Of a stretch of 64,000 nt of DNA, positions 36,820-49,692 are shown piece after piece. A program made the position numbers and the translations under genes. This DNA is from Squalus acanthias. Taxonomy: Eukaryota. The notes beneath the pieces are model-generated. The model was not told the origin of the DNA. It saw only the letters and a program-made list of their open reading frames with translations, and searched no databases. The DNA is taken from the NCBI GenBank assembly GCA_030390025.1, contig JASTWF010000036.1, positions 682,001 to 746,000 on the forward strand. Reading direction: 5' to 3'. The first letter of the stretch is position 1, and each line of letters opens with the position of its first letter.

Positions 36820-37230
36820 AATACACTTTTTGTTTGTGCCTTTTGTTCTTCTCTCCCACATGGCAGCTGTCTTTCATTCTGCCAGCACAATTCACACTTC
36901 ATCTAGAGCCATCCTTTGTTTCTTAATCTGTCCCATTACCATCTCCTTTTGCCTTGAATATCTCTTAGTGTCTCTTTTATTCTCCTGCCTTTTATCCTAT
37001 CACAGACCTTCCCCTTTTGCTCTTTCATCCACTCCCCCACTTCCCAGCCCCTAAACTTGCTTAAAAATCTGTTCCATTTCCTGCTTTTTTCCAAGTACTG
37101 ACGAAAGGTCATCGACCTGAAACGTTAACTCTGTTTCTCTCTCCACAGATGCTGCCTGACCTGCTGAGTGTCTCCAGCATTTTCTGTTTTTATTTCAGAT
37201 TTCCAGCATCCGCAGTATTTTCTTTTTGTA
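36820..37230 (+). mobile_element. Penelope-like 3' fragment, family B, with hammerhead at about 37095-37129
   Basis: CTGACGA-AAGGTC atc GACCT-GAAACGTT-AAC plus the family tail gatgctgcctgacctgctgag. Confidence 0.8.
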
Positions 37231-38375
37231 TAAGAACATAAGAAATAGGAGCAGGAGCAGGCATTTGGCCCCTCGAGCCTGCTCCGCCATTAAATAAGAT
37301 CATGGCTGATCTTCTACCTCATCTCCACCTTCCCGCACGATCCCCATATCCCTTGATTCCCTTAAATCTATCGATCTCAGCCTTGAGTATACTCAACGAC
37401 TGAGCCTCCACAGCTCTCTGGGGTAGAGAATTCCAAAGATTCACAACCCTCTGAGTGAAGAAATTTCTCCTCATCTCAGTCCTAAATGGCCGACCCCTTA
37501 TTCTGAGACTGTGACCCCTGGTTCTAGACTCTCCAGCCAGGGGAAACATCCTCCCTGCATCTACCCTGTCAAGCCCTGTGAGAATTTTGTATGTTTCAAT
37601 GAGATCACCTCTCGTTCTTCTAAACTCCAGAGAGTATAGGCCGAGTCTACTCAATCTCTCCTCCCATCCCAAGAACCAGTCTGGTGAACCTTCGTTGCAC
37701 TCCCTCTATGGCAAGTATATCCTCCTTAGGTAAGGAGACCAAAACTGTACACAGTACTCCAGGTGTGGTCTCACCAGGGCCCGATATAATTGCAGTAAGA
37801 CGTCTTTACATTTATACTCAAATCCTCTTGTAATAAAGGCCAACATACCATTTGCTTTCCTAATTGCTTGCTGTACCTGCATATTAATTGTCAGTGATTC
37901 GTGTACAAGGACACCCAGGTCCCTCTGAACACCAACATTTCCCAATCTCTCACCATTTAAAAAATACTCTGCTTTTCTATTTTTCCTAATAAAGTGGATA
38001 ACTTCACATTTCTCCACATTATATTCCATTTGCCATGTTCTTGCCCACTCACTTAGCCTGTCTATATCCCCTTGAAGCATCCTCGCATCCTCCTCACAAC
38101 TTACATTCCCACCCAGCAAACTTGGATATATGACATTTGGTCCCCTCATCCAAATCATTGATGCAGATTGTGAATAGCTGCGGCCTAAGCACTGATCCTT
38201 GCGGTACCCCACTAGTTACAGCCTGCCAACCCGAAAATGACCTGTTTATTCCTACTCTCTGTTTTCTGTCCGTTAACCAATCCACAATCTATTCTAGTAT
38301 ATTACCCCCAATCCCATGAGCCCTAATTTTGTTTAATGACCTCTTGTGCGGCACCTTATCGAATGCCTTCTGAAA
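37231..38375 (-). mobile_element. CR1 LINE 3' part
   Basis: GVPQGSVL...LVRPHLEYCVQFWSP...NFFTQRVVNLWNSLP. Confidence 0.93.
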
Positions 38376-38786
38376 ATAAGCATTAGATTATGAGGAGAGA
38401 TTAAATAAACTAAACTCGTATTTCCAGGAATATAGAGGGTTCAGGGGTGATTTGAGTGAGGTTTTTAGGATTCTGAAAGAAACTGACAGGGTCAGATAGA
38501 GAGAAACCTTTTCCACTGGTTGGGCGGAGTCTAGGACAAGGGGACAGAACCTTAAAATCAGAGCCAGGCCATTCAGGAGAGAAGTTGGGATACTCTTCTT
38601 CACGCAAAGGGCAGCAGAAGTCTGGAACTCTCTCCCACAAAAAGCAGTAGGTGCTGGGGGGGTCAGTTAATAATTTTAAATCTGAGATCGATAGATTTTT
38701 GCGCGACAAGGTAACAAAAGGATACGGGGCAAAGACAGGTGGGTGGAGATAAGATACAGATCGGCCATGATCCCATTGAATGACGC

Positions 38787-40250
38787 AACAGGCTCGAGGG
38801 GGCTGAATGGCCTCCTCCTGTTCCTAATGTAACAGGCTCGAGGGGCTGAATGGCCTCCTCCTGTTCCTAATGTAACAGGCTCGAGGGGCTGAACGGCCTC
38901 CTCCTGTTCCGAATGTAACAGGCTCGAGGGGGCTGAATGGCCTCCTCCTGTTCCTAATGTAACAGGCTCGAGGGGGCTGAATGGCCTCCTCCTGTTCCTA
39001 ATGTAACAGGCTCGAGGGGGCTGAATGGCCTCCTCCTGTTCCTAATGTAACAGGCTCGAGGGGCTGAATGGCCTCCTCCTGTTCCTAATGTAACAGGCTC
39101 GAGGGGGCTGAACGGCCTCCTCCTGTTCCTAATGTAACAGATTCGAGGGGCTGAATGGTCTCCTCCTGTTCCTAATGTAACAGGTTCGAGGGGCTGAATG
39201 GTCTCCTCCTGTTCCTAATGTAACAGGTTCGAGGGGCTGAATGGTCTCCTCCTGTTCCTAATGTAACAGGCACGAGGGGGCTGAACGGCCTCCTCCTGTT
39301 CCTAATGTAACAGGTTCGAGGGGCTGAATGGCCTCCTCCTGTTCCTAATGTAACAGGTTCGAGGGGCTGAATGGTCTCCTCCTGTTCCTAATGTAACAGG
39401 CTCGAGGGGGCTAAACGGCCTCCTCCTGTTCCTAATGTAACAGGCTCGAGGGGGCTAAACGGCCTCCTCCTGTTCCTAATGAAACAGGCTCGAGGGGCTG
39501 AATGGTCTCCTCCTGTTCCTAATGTAACAGGCTCGAGGGGGCTAAATGGCCTCCTCCTGTTCCTAATGAAACAGGCTCGAGGGGCTGAATGGCCTCCTCC
39601 TGTTCCTAATGTAACAGGCTCGAGGGGGCTGAACGGCCTCCTCCTGTTCCTAATGTAACAGATTCGAGGGGCTGAATGGCCTCCTCCTGTTCCAAATGTA
39701 ACAGGTTCGAGGGGGCTAAACGGCCTCCTCCTGTTCCTAATGAAACAGGCTCGAGGGGCTGAATGGCCTCCTCCTGTTCCTAATGTAACAGGTTTGAGGG
39801 GCTGAACGGCCTCCTCCTGTACCGAATGTAACAGGCTCGAGGGGGGCTGAATGGCCTCCTCCTGTTCCTAATGTAACAGGCTCGAGGGGGGCTGAATGGC
39901 CTCCTCCTGTTCCTAATGAAACAGGCTCGAGGGGGGCTGAACGGCCTCCTCCTGTTCCTAATGTAACAGGCTCGAGGGGGGCTGAATGGCCTCCTCCTGT
40001 TCCTAATGAAACACGCTCGAGGGGCTGAATGGCCTCCTCCTGTTCCTAATGAAACAGGCTCGAGGGGGCTGAATGGCCTCCTCCTGTTCCTAATGTAACA
40101 GGCTCGAGGGGGGCTGAATGGCCTCCTCCTGTTCCTAATGTAACAGGCTCGAGGGGGGCTGAATGGCCTCCTCCTGTTCCTAATGAAACAGGCTCGAGGG
40201 GCTGAATGGCCTCCTCCTGTTCCTAATGTAACAGGCTCGAGGGGGGCTGA
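38787..40250 (+). repeat. ~43-bp CR1-terminus minisatellite, about 33 units
   Basis: Continues CR1 at 38385-38820. A third array starts at 52058 and runs into the gap. Confidence 0.95.
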
Positions 40251-40672
40251 CCATGAAGTCCTGAGGTCGTGAAAGGCACGATATGTATGCCAGTTCTATC
40301 AACCACCAGGTCAGGAGGTTGTGGGTTCGAGCTCTACTCCGGGACTCGAGCCAACACCCCAGCACACTGCCGTGTGACAGCTGCACAGTCTTACAGGTTA
40401 AACACTAAACCGAGGCCGGTCACGTGGGCTGTCAAAGACCCCGAGCAGGCAGAGCAGGGAGGTCTCCCGGCGTCCAGGGCAGCACGCTTTCCTCAAAACA
40501 ACACAGTCCGAAATATTTTAACAAAAAACTGACCAACTGCTCAGACACCTCATTGCAACAACAACCTGCATTTATATCGCACCCTTAACCTAGTAAAATG
40601 TGCCAAGGCGCTTCACAGGAGCGTAAATCGGAGAATGCGCAAGAGGCCGGAATTGGAGGAGCGCAGAGATCT

Positions 40673-43600
40673 CGGAGGGTTGTAGGGAGCTGGAGGAGGT
40701 TACAGAGATAGGGAGGGTTGTAGGGGGCTGGAAGAGGTTACAGAGATAGGGAGGGTTGTAGGGGGCTGGAGGTTACAGAGATAGGGAGGGTTGTAGGGGG
40801 CTGGAGAAGGTTACAGAGATAGGGAGGGTTGTAGGGGGCTGGAGAAAGTTACAGAGATAGGGAGGGTTGTAGGGGGCTGGAGGTTACAGGTATAGGGAGG
40901 GTTGTAGGGGCTGGAGGAGGTTACAGAGATAGGGAGGGTTGTAGGGAGCTGGAGGAGGTTACAGAGATAGGGAGGGTTATAGTGGCTGGAGGAGGTTACA
41001 GAGATAGGGAGGGTTGTAGGGGCTGGAGGAGGTTACAGAGATAGGGAGGGTTGTAGGGGCTGGAGGAGGTTACAGAGATAGGGAGGGTTGTAGGGGCTGG
41101 AGGAGGTTACAGAGATAGGGAGGGTTGTAGGGGGCTGTAGAAGGTTACAGAGATAGGGAGGGTTGTAGGGGGCTGGAGGTTACAGGTATAGGGAGGGTTG
41201 TAGGGGGCTGGAGGAGGTTACGGAGATAGGGAGGGTTGTAGGGAGCTGGAGGAGGTTACAGAGATAGGGAGGGTTATAGGGGCTGGAGGAGGTTACAGAG
41301 ATAGGGAGGGTTGTAGGGGCTGGAGGAGGTTACAGAGATAGGGAGGGTTGTAGGGAGCTGGAGGAGGTTACAGAGATAGGGAGGGTTGTAGGGGGCTGGA
41401 GGAGGTTACAGAGATAGGGAGGATTGTAGGGGCTGGAGGAGGTTACAGAGATAGGGAGGGCTGTAGGGGGCTGGAGGAGGTTACAGAGATAGGGAGGGTT
41501 GTAGGGGGCTGGAGGAGGTTAGAGAGATAGGGAGGGTTGTAGGGGGCTGGAGGAGGTTACAGAGATAGAGAGTGTTGTAGGGGCTGGAGGATGTTACAGA
41601 GATAGGGAGGGTTGTAGGGGGCTGGAGGTTACAGAGATAGGGAGGGTTGTAGGGGGCTGGAGGAGGTTACAGAGATAGGGAGGGTTGTAGGGGGCTGGAG
41701 GAGGTTACAGAGATAGGGAGGGTTGTAGGGGGCTGGAGGAGGTTACAGAGATAGGGAGGGTTGTAGGGGGCTGGAGGAGGTTACAGAGATAGGGAGGATT
41801 GTAGGGGCTGGAGGAGGTTACAGAGATAGGGAGGGTTGTAGAGGGCTCGAGGAGGTTACAGAGATAGGGAGGGTTGTAGGGGGCTGGAGGAGGTCACAGA
41901 GATAGGGAGGGTTGTAGGGGGCTGGAGGAGGTTACAGAGATAGGGAGGATTGTAGGGGCTGGAGGAGGTTACAGAGATAGGAAGGGTTGTAGGGGCTGGA
42001 GGAGGTTACAGAGATAGGGAGGGTTGTAGGGGGCTGGAGGAGGTTACAGAGCTAGGGAGGGTTGTAGGGGGCTGGAGGAGGTTACAGAGATAGGGAGGGT
42101 TGTCGGGGGCTGGAGGAGGTTACAGAGATAGGGAGGATTGTAGGGGCTGGAGGAGGTTACAGAGATAGGGAGGGTTGTAGGGGGCTGGAGGAGGTTACAG
42201 AGATAGGGAGGGTTGTAGGGGGCTGGAGGAGGTCACAGAGATAGGGAGGGTTGTAGGGGGCTGGAGGAGGTTACAGAGATAGGGAGGGGTGTAGGGGGCT
42301 GGAGGAGGTTACAGAGATAGGAAGGTTTGTAGGGGCTGGAGGAGGTTACAGAGATAGGGAGGGTTGTAGGGGGCTGGAGGAGGTTACAGTGATAGGGAGG
42401 GTTGTAGGGGGCTGGAGGAGGTTACAGAGATAGGGAGGGTTGTAGGGGGCTGGAGGAGGTTACAGGGATAGGGAGGATTGTAGGGGGCTGGAGGAGGTTA
42501 CAGAGATAGGGAGGATGTAGGGAGCTGGAGGAGGTTACAGGGATAGGGAGGGCTGTAGGAGGTTACAGAGATAGGGAGGATTGTAGGGGGCTGGAGGAGG
42601 TTACAGAGATAGGGTGGGTTGTAGGGGGCTGGAGGAGGTTACAGAGATAGGGAGGGTTGTAGGGGCTGGAGGATGTTACAGGGATAGGGAGGGTTGTAGG
42701 GAGCTGGAGGAGATTACAGAGACAGGGAGGGTTGTAGGGGGCTGGAGGAGGTTACAGAGATAGGGAGGGTTGGAGGGGCTGGAGGGGGTTACAGAGATAG
42801 GGAGGGTTGTAGGGGGCTGGAGGAGGTTACAGAGATAGGGAGGGTTGTAGGGAGCTGGAGGGGGTTACATAGATCTCGGAAGGTTGTAGGGGGCTGGAGG
42901 AGGTTACAGAGATAGGGAGGGTTGTAGAGGCTGGAGGAGGTTACAGTGATAGGGAGGGTTGTAGGGGGCTGGAGGAGGTTACAGAGATAGGGAGGGTTGT
43001 AGGGGGCTGGAGGAGGTTACAGAGATAGGGAGGGTTGTAGGGGGCTGGAGGAGGTTACAGAGATAGGGAGGATTGTAGGGGCTGGAGGAGGTTACAGAGA
43101 TAGGGAGGGTTGTAGGGGGCTGGAGGAGGTTACAGAGATAGGGAGGGGTGTAGGGGGCTGGAGGGGGTTACAGAGATAGGGAGGGGTGTAGGGGGCTGGA
43201 GGAGGTTACAGAGATAGGGAGGGTTGTAGGGGGCTGGAGGGGGTTACAGAGATAGGGAGGGTTGTAGGGGGCTGGAGGAGGTTACAGGGATAGGGAGGGC
43301 TGTCGGGGGCTGGTGGAGGTTACAGAGATAGGGAGGATTGTAGGGGGCTGGAGGAGGTTACAGAGATAGAGAGTGTTGTAGGGGCTGGAGGATGTTACAG
43401 AGATAGGGAGGGTTGTAGGGGGCTGGAGGTTACAGAGATAGGGAGGGTTGTAGGGGGCTGGAGGAGGTTACAGAGATAGGGAGGGTTGTAGGGGGCTGGA
43501 GGAGGTTACAGAGATAGGGAGGGTTGTAGGGGGCTGGAGGAGGTTACAGAGATAGGGAGGATTGTAGGGGCTGGAGGAGGTTACAGAGATAGGGAGGGTT

Positions 43601-45463
43601 GTAGAGGGCTCGAGGAGGTTACAGAGATAGGGAGGGTTGTAGGGGGCTGGAGGAGGTCACAGAGATAGGGAGGGTTGTAGGGGGCTGGAGGAGGTTACAG
43701 AGATAGGGAGGATTGTAGGGGCTGGAGGAGGTTACAGAGATAGGAAGGGTTGTAGGGGCTGGAGGAGGTTACAGAGATAGGGAGGGTTGTAGGGGGCTGG
43801 AGGAAGTTACAGAGATAGGGAGGGGTGTAGGGGGCTGGAGGAGGTTACAGAGATAGGGAGGGTTGTAGGGGGCTGGAGGAGGTTACAGAGATAGGGAGGG
43901 TTGTAGGGGGCTGGAGGAGGTTACAGAGATAGGGAGGATTGTAGGGGCTGGAGGAGGTTACAGAGATAGGGAGGGTTGTAGGGGGCTGGAGGAGGTTACA
44001 GAGATAGGGAGGGGTGTAGGGGGCTGGAGGGGGTTACAGAGATAGGGAGGGGTGTAGGGGGCTGGAGGAGGTTACAGAGATAGGGAGGGTTGTAGGGGGC
44101 TGGAGGGGGTTACAGAGATAGGGAGGGTTGTAGGGGGCTGGAGGAGGTTACAGGGATAGGGAGGGCTGTAGGGGGCTGGTGGAGGTTACAGAGATAGGGA
44201 GGATTGTAGGGGGCTGGAGGAGGTTACAGAGATAGGGTGGGTTGTAGGGGGCTGGAGGAGGTTACAGAGATAGGGAGGGTTGTAGGGGCTGGAGGAGGTT
44301 ACAGGGATAGGGAGGGTTGTAGGGGTCTGGAGGAGGTTACAGAGATAGAGAGTGTTGTAGGGGGCTGGAGGAGGTTACAGAGATAGGGAGGGTTGTAGGG
44401 GGCTGGAGGGGGTTACAGAGATAGGGAGGGTTGTAGGGGGCTGGAGGAGGTTACAGAGCTAGGGAGGGTTGTAGGGGCTGGAGGAGGTTACAGAGATAGG
44501 GAGGGTTGTAGGGGGCTCGAGGAGGTTACAGAGATAGGGAGGGTTGTAGGGGGCTGGAGGAGGTCACAGAGATAGGGAGGGTTGTAGGGGGCTGGAGGAG
44601 GTTACAGAGATAGGGAGGGGTGTAGGGGGCTGGAGGAGGTTACAGAGATAGGAAGGTTTGTAGGGGCTGGAGGAGGTTACAGAGATAGGGAGGGTTGTAG
44701 GGGGCTGGAGGAGGTTACAGTGATAGGGAGGGTTGTAGGGGGCTGGAGGAGGTTACAGAGATAGGGAGGGTTGTAGGGGGCTGGAGGAGGTTACAGCGAT
44801 AGGGAGGGTTGTAGGGGGCTGGAGGAGGTTACAGAGATAGGGAGGATGTAGGGGGCTGGAGGAGGTTACAGGGATAGGGAGGGCTGTAGGAGGTTACAGA
44901 GATAGGGAGGATTGTAGGGGGCTGGAGGAGGTTACAGAGATAGGGTGGGTTGTAGGGGGCTGGAGGAGGTTACAGAGATAGGGAGGGTTGTAGGGGCTGG
45001 AGGATGTTACAGGGATAGGGAGGGTTGTAGGGAGCTGGAGGAGATTACAGAGACAGGGAGGGTTGTAGGGGGCTGGAGGAGGTTACAGAGATAGGGAGGG
45101 TTGGAGGGGCTGGAGGGGGTTACAGAGATAGGGAGGGTTGTAGGGGGCTGGAGGAGGTTACAGAGATAGGGAGGGTTGTAGGGAGCTGGAGGGGGTTACA
45201 TAGATCTCGGAAGGTTGTAGGGGCTGGAGGAGGTTACAGAGATAGGGAGGGTTGTGGGGGCTGGAGGAGGTTACAGAGATAGGGAGGGTTGTAGGGGGCT
45301 GGAGGAGGTTACAGAGATAGGGAGGATTGTAGGGGCTGGAGGAGGTTACAGAGATAGGGAGGGTTGTAGGGGGCTGGAGGAGGTTACAGAGATAGGGAGT
45401 GTTGTAGGGGCTGGAAGAGGTTACAGAGATAGGGAGGGTTGTAGAGGCTGGAGGAGGTTACAG
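40673..45463. repeat. 4.8-kb G-rich 38-bp minisatellite (ggagggttgtagggggctggaggaggttacagagatag), about 125 units, L2-derived
   Basis: Tandem units; L2 3' sequence at 40555-40672 flanks the array. Confidence 0.97.
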
Positions 45464-45792
45464 GGGCGGGATGATGGGTGAACAGGCTGAGTTTGGATAT
45501 CGGGGGTGGGGGGGGGCGTCGGAGGTAGCGTGAGGGTGTCGGATGAGCTGATGGTTATGGAGAGTGCAAGGCAGGAGACCGGGCCAGGAGAACGATGGAA
45601 TGGAATGGCTTCCGCACCTGCCCAGCACAACAGTGATTGCGCGTCACAGTGGCGGGTGGGAGTTGACGGTGGGGGGGGGGGGGGGGGGGGTGCGGAGAAA
45701 AGGCTTCAAGATATTTATTGATATGATAAGGGTTCTATTAATAAGAAAACGCCCCCAGATTAAAACTCGGCCATGGAACTGCAACACCTTAC

Positions 45793-45828
45793 CCAAGACA
45801 CCAGCGAAATCTTCCGTGGGGCAATCAT
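45793..45828 (-). CDS. ARHGAP9: Candidate alternative first coding exon of ARHGAP9 (MIAPRKISLVSW)
   Basis: First ATG downstream of a TATA box, with about 370 nt free of ATG and an in-frame stop just upstream. Donor TGG|GTaagg is phase 0 and matches the WW exon. Confidence 0.55.
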
Positions 45829-46159
45829 CCCTTCTGCTTTTTTTTGTTTCGCTTATTCGGACGCTTTCACTCGGGGGGCTCGACCCTCGCTGCGTCCCCC
45901 CCCGCGCCCGAACGGCACGAATACGTCCGAGCGCTGCTCGAAGCGGCAGGACGACGCACGGATCGCCGTTTCCCCCGACAGACGGCTGGCCTCGGTGTGA
46001 AAGCTTATCACGCCCGATCTGGCCACGGTCCAGGAACAAAGAGATTGCACTTGCGTGCTCCGGATATGTCAAGCTGTTGAAACGCAACTGCTTGCTATAT
46101 TTTTTTTTTCAACACCCTGATCCACTTCCACTGGAGCGGCTCTTGTGCCGAACCGTTCC

Positions 46160-46245
46160 TCTTGCGCTCTGCTCAGTCACTAAGCTGCGTCAATTTATAC
46201 ATACGCAGGGCGACGATGGGATTAGATTGTGTCGACAAATTGGTG
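46160..46245 (-). promoter_or_regulatory. Candidate TATA/CCAAT promoter for the 45.8 kb first exon
   Basis: Minus-strand CCAAT (46239-46243) and TATAAAT (46193-46199) followed by TGACG, in unique CpG-rich sequence. Confidence 0.5.
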
Positions 46246-46264
46246 GGATGGCGAGGTCATAAGA

Positions 46265-47705
46265 AGGAACTGCTGCGCCTTTCACCACCTCAGGTCGTCC
46301 CAAAGCGCTTTCACAGCCAATGAAGTACTTCTTTTTTTTTTAAAGTGCGGTCGCTGTTGTAATGCAGGAGGAAACCCGGCAGCCGATTTGCGCACAGCAA
46401 GCTCCCACAAACAGCAACGTGATAAATGACCAGATCATCTTTTCTTAGTGATGCTGGCCGAGGGATAAATATTGGCCCCCAAAACAACGGAGAGAACTCC
46501 CCCCCACTCCCGCTCATCTTCGGAATAGTGACCCTGGGATATTTTACGTCCGCCTGAGAGGGCAGACGTCTCACCAGTGCGGCGCTCCCTCAGTACTGCC
46601 CCTCCGACAGTGCGGCACTTCCTCAGTACTGACCCTCCGACAGTGCGGTGCTCTCTCAGTACTGACCCTCCGACAGTGCAGCGCTCCCTCAGTACCGCCC
46701 CTCCGACAGTGCGGCGCTCCCTTAGTACCGCCCCTCCGACAGTGCGGCGCTCCCTCAGTACTGCCCCTCCGACAGTGCGGCGCTCCCTCAGTACCGCCCC
46801 CTCCGACAGTGCAGCGCTCCCTCAGTACTGCCCCTCCGACAGTGCAGCGCTCCCTCAGTACTGCCCCTCCGACAGTGCGGCGCTCCCTCAGTACTGCCCC
46901 TCCGACAGTGCGGCGCTCCCTCAGTACTGCCCCTCCGACAGTGCGGCTCTCCCTCAGTACTGCCCCTCCGACAGTGCAGCGCTCCCTCAGTACTGCCCCT
47001 CCGACAGTGCGGCGCTCCCTCAGTACTGCCACTCCGACAGTGCGGCGCTCCCTCAGTATTGCCCCTCCGACAGTGCGGGGCTCCCTCAGTACTGCCCCTC
47101 CGACAGTGCGTGGCTCCCTCAGTACTGCCCCTCCGACAGTGCGGGGCTCCCTCAGTACTGCCCCCTCCGACAGTGCAGCGCTCCCTCAGTACTGCCCCTC
47201 CGACAGTGCGGCGCTCCCTCAGTACCGCCCCTCCGACAGTGCGACGCTCCCTCAGTACCGCCCCTCCGACAGTGCGGCGCTCTCTCAGTACCGCCCCCTC
47301 CGACAGTGCGGCGCTCTCTCAGTACCGCCCCCCTCCGATAGTGCGGCGCTCCCTCAGTACTGCCCCTCCGACAGTGCGGCGCTCCCTCAGTACCGCCCCC
47401 TCCGACAGTGCGGCGCTCTCTCAGTACCGCCCCCTCCGACAGTGCGGCGCTCCCTCAGTACTGCCCCTCCGACAGTGCGGCGCTCCCTCAGTACCGCCCC
47501 TCCGACAGTGCGGCGCTCTCTCAGTACCGCCCCCTCCGACAGTGCGGCGCTCTCTCAGTACCGCCCCCTCCGATAGTGCGGCACTCCCTCAGTACTGCCC
47601 CTCCGACAGTGCGGCGCTCCCTCAGTACCGCCCCCTCCGACAGTGCGGCGCTCTCTCAGTACCGCCCCCTCCGACAGTGCGGCGCTCCCTCAGTACTGCA
47701 CTGGG
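46265..47705 (-). mobile_element. DeuSINE with a 33-bp array of about 34 units (46575-47700)
   Basis: SINE body at 46265-46572 followed by the array. Confidence 0.88.
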
Positions 47706-47989
47706 ATCATCAGCATGTATTAAGTGACCTCCTCAAAATTACTCCATTGGCTGTGAAGCGCTTGGGGACTTCCTGGGGTTCGTGAGAGGCGCTGGAGAAA
47801 CGCGAGAGCATTCCGGTTCCGGGCACTCCTCAGGTTAGTCAGCAGGAAGGGCTCAATTAATACTGGTCAGCACAGTCCAAAACCAACCCGAGCTCCACTG
47901 GGACTCCTCGGGTCTACACATTCCCTTCCAAACCCCCCGCACCCTTATCAAAAATCCTTCTTCTCTCCCCTCTCGGTTAGGTCCCAATG

Positions 47990-48780
47990 TACGACATGGC
48001 AGGTGCAGTATAACGTGGATAAATGTGAAGTTATCCACTTCGGTAGGAAAAAAAGAAAGGCAGAGTATTATTTAAATGGTGATAGATTGGGAAATGTTGA
48101 TGTACAAAGGGACCTGGGTGTCCTTGTACACTAGTCACTAAAACCAAACATGCAGGTGCAGCAAGCAGTTAGGAAGGCAAATGGCATGTTGGCCTTCATT
48201 GCAAGAGGATGTGAGTACAGGAGCAAGGATGTCTCACTACAGTTATACAGGGTCTTGGTGAGACCACACCTGAAGTACTGTGTGCAGTTTTGGTCTCCTT
48301 ACCCAAGAAAGGATATACTTGCCATAGAGGGAGTGCAGCGAAGGTTCACCAGACTGATTCCTGGGATGGCAGGACCGTCGTATGAGGAGAGATTGGGTCG
48401 ACTAGGCCTGTATTCACTAGAGTTTAGAAGAATGAGAGGGGATCTCATTGAAACGTATAAAATTCTGACAGGGCTTAGACAGACTGGATGCAGGGAGGAT
48501 GTTCCCCCTGGCTGGGGGGTCTAGAACGAGGGGTCACAGTCTCAGGATACGGGGCAGGACATTTAGGACTCAGATGAGGAGAAATGTCTTCACTCAGAGG
48601 GTGGTGAACCTGTGGAATTCTCTACCACAGAAGGCTGTGGAGGCCAAGTCACTGAATATATTTAAGAAGGAGATAGATAGATTTCTAGACACAAAAGGCA
48701 TCAAGGGGTATGGGGACAGAGCGGGAATATGGTATTGAGATAGAGGATCAGCCATGATCACATTGAATGGCAGAGCAGGC
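47990..48780 (+). mobile_element. CR1 3' part (further fragments near 23690-24340, 24790-25680, 25785-27110, 29840-30390, 30630-31455, 50540-51165, 52317-52745 and 61920-62360)
   Basis: QVQQAVRKANGMLAFI...LVRPHLKYCVQFWSP. Confidence 0.92.
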
Positions 48781-49692
48781 AGCCTGCTCCCCACCTTTTA
48801 TTGAAGCAGATCTTGACTTGGCCACTGGGAGGTGTGCCAAGAGCAGACGAGCTCAGCTTCGCCGTCGAGAGGATGTGGAGACCGAAGGGCGAGCCGGAGG
48901 AGATCACAAGATAAAACGCCCAGGCTACCGAGGCCATTCAGCACATCTTAGCTCAACCACCTGCAGAGAAAGACCTACACTCTACCCACCCCCCACCACC
49001 CAAGTGTCCAACCCCCTGTACCCACTACCCCTTCCCCACCTCCCTTCAGCGACAGAATTGGCAAACAGGCCAACCCTGGCTCAGTGGGTGGCAACTCTCG
49101 CCTCTGGGTCGGTGGGGCCGTGGGTTCGAGCCCCGGTCCCGACAACGTTAACTCGTCTTCGCTGCGTACTTTTCTGTTTTGCTGTTGTTTTATAGATCGA
49201 GGGGAGGGCAGGGCGGGGGGGGGGAAGATGGCCCACAGCCCACCCGAGCAGAGGCAGAGACTCGAAGGGGCCGGTTGTGTCAGAGATTGCAGGCAGTATG
49301 ACAGGCCGCGGCTGGTACTTCCTGCCTGCTTCCTGTTTGCTTGAACGTGTTCAAAAGGGGGTTTGAGGTGTGTTTCAACCTTGCAGCTTCTTCTTCACGT
49401 TTCCTGCACGAGTTATAATTTTTTTCCGAATCCGGGGCGGGCGGTGGTGGGGGGGGGGCGGAGGGAAACTTTCTTTTAAACCCAAATTCTTCTCTCTCTC
49501 TCCCACCTTCTTTCATCCTTCCCACCCTCAGCATGCAGGTACAGCAAGCAATTAGGAAAGCAAATGGTATGTTGGCCTTTATTACAAGAGGATTTGAGTA
49601 CAAGAGTAAAGACGTCTTACTGCAATTATATAGGGCCCTGGTGAGACCACACCTGGAGTGCTGTGTACAGTTTTGGTCTCCTTACCTAAGGA

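Noticed and set aside
45465..45618. Possible phase-1 exon GAEAIPFHRSPGP...
   Set aside because: No phase-compatible donor before it runs into the 38-bp array, and no homology recognised.
48795..48960. Minus-strand segment with a good acceptor and a GT donor
   Set aside because: All three frames from the acceptor contain stops, and the internal ATG frame ends in phase 2 with no partner. It could be non-coding but is unsupported.
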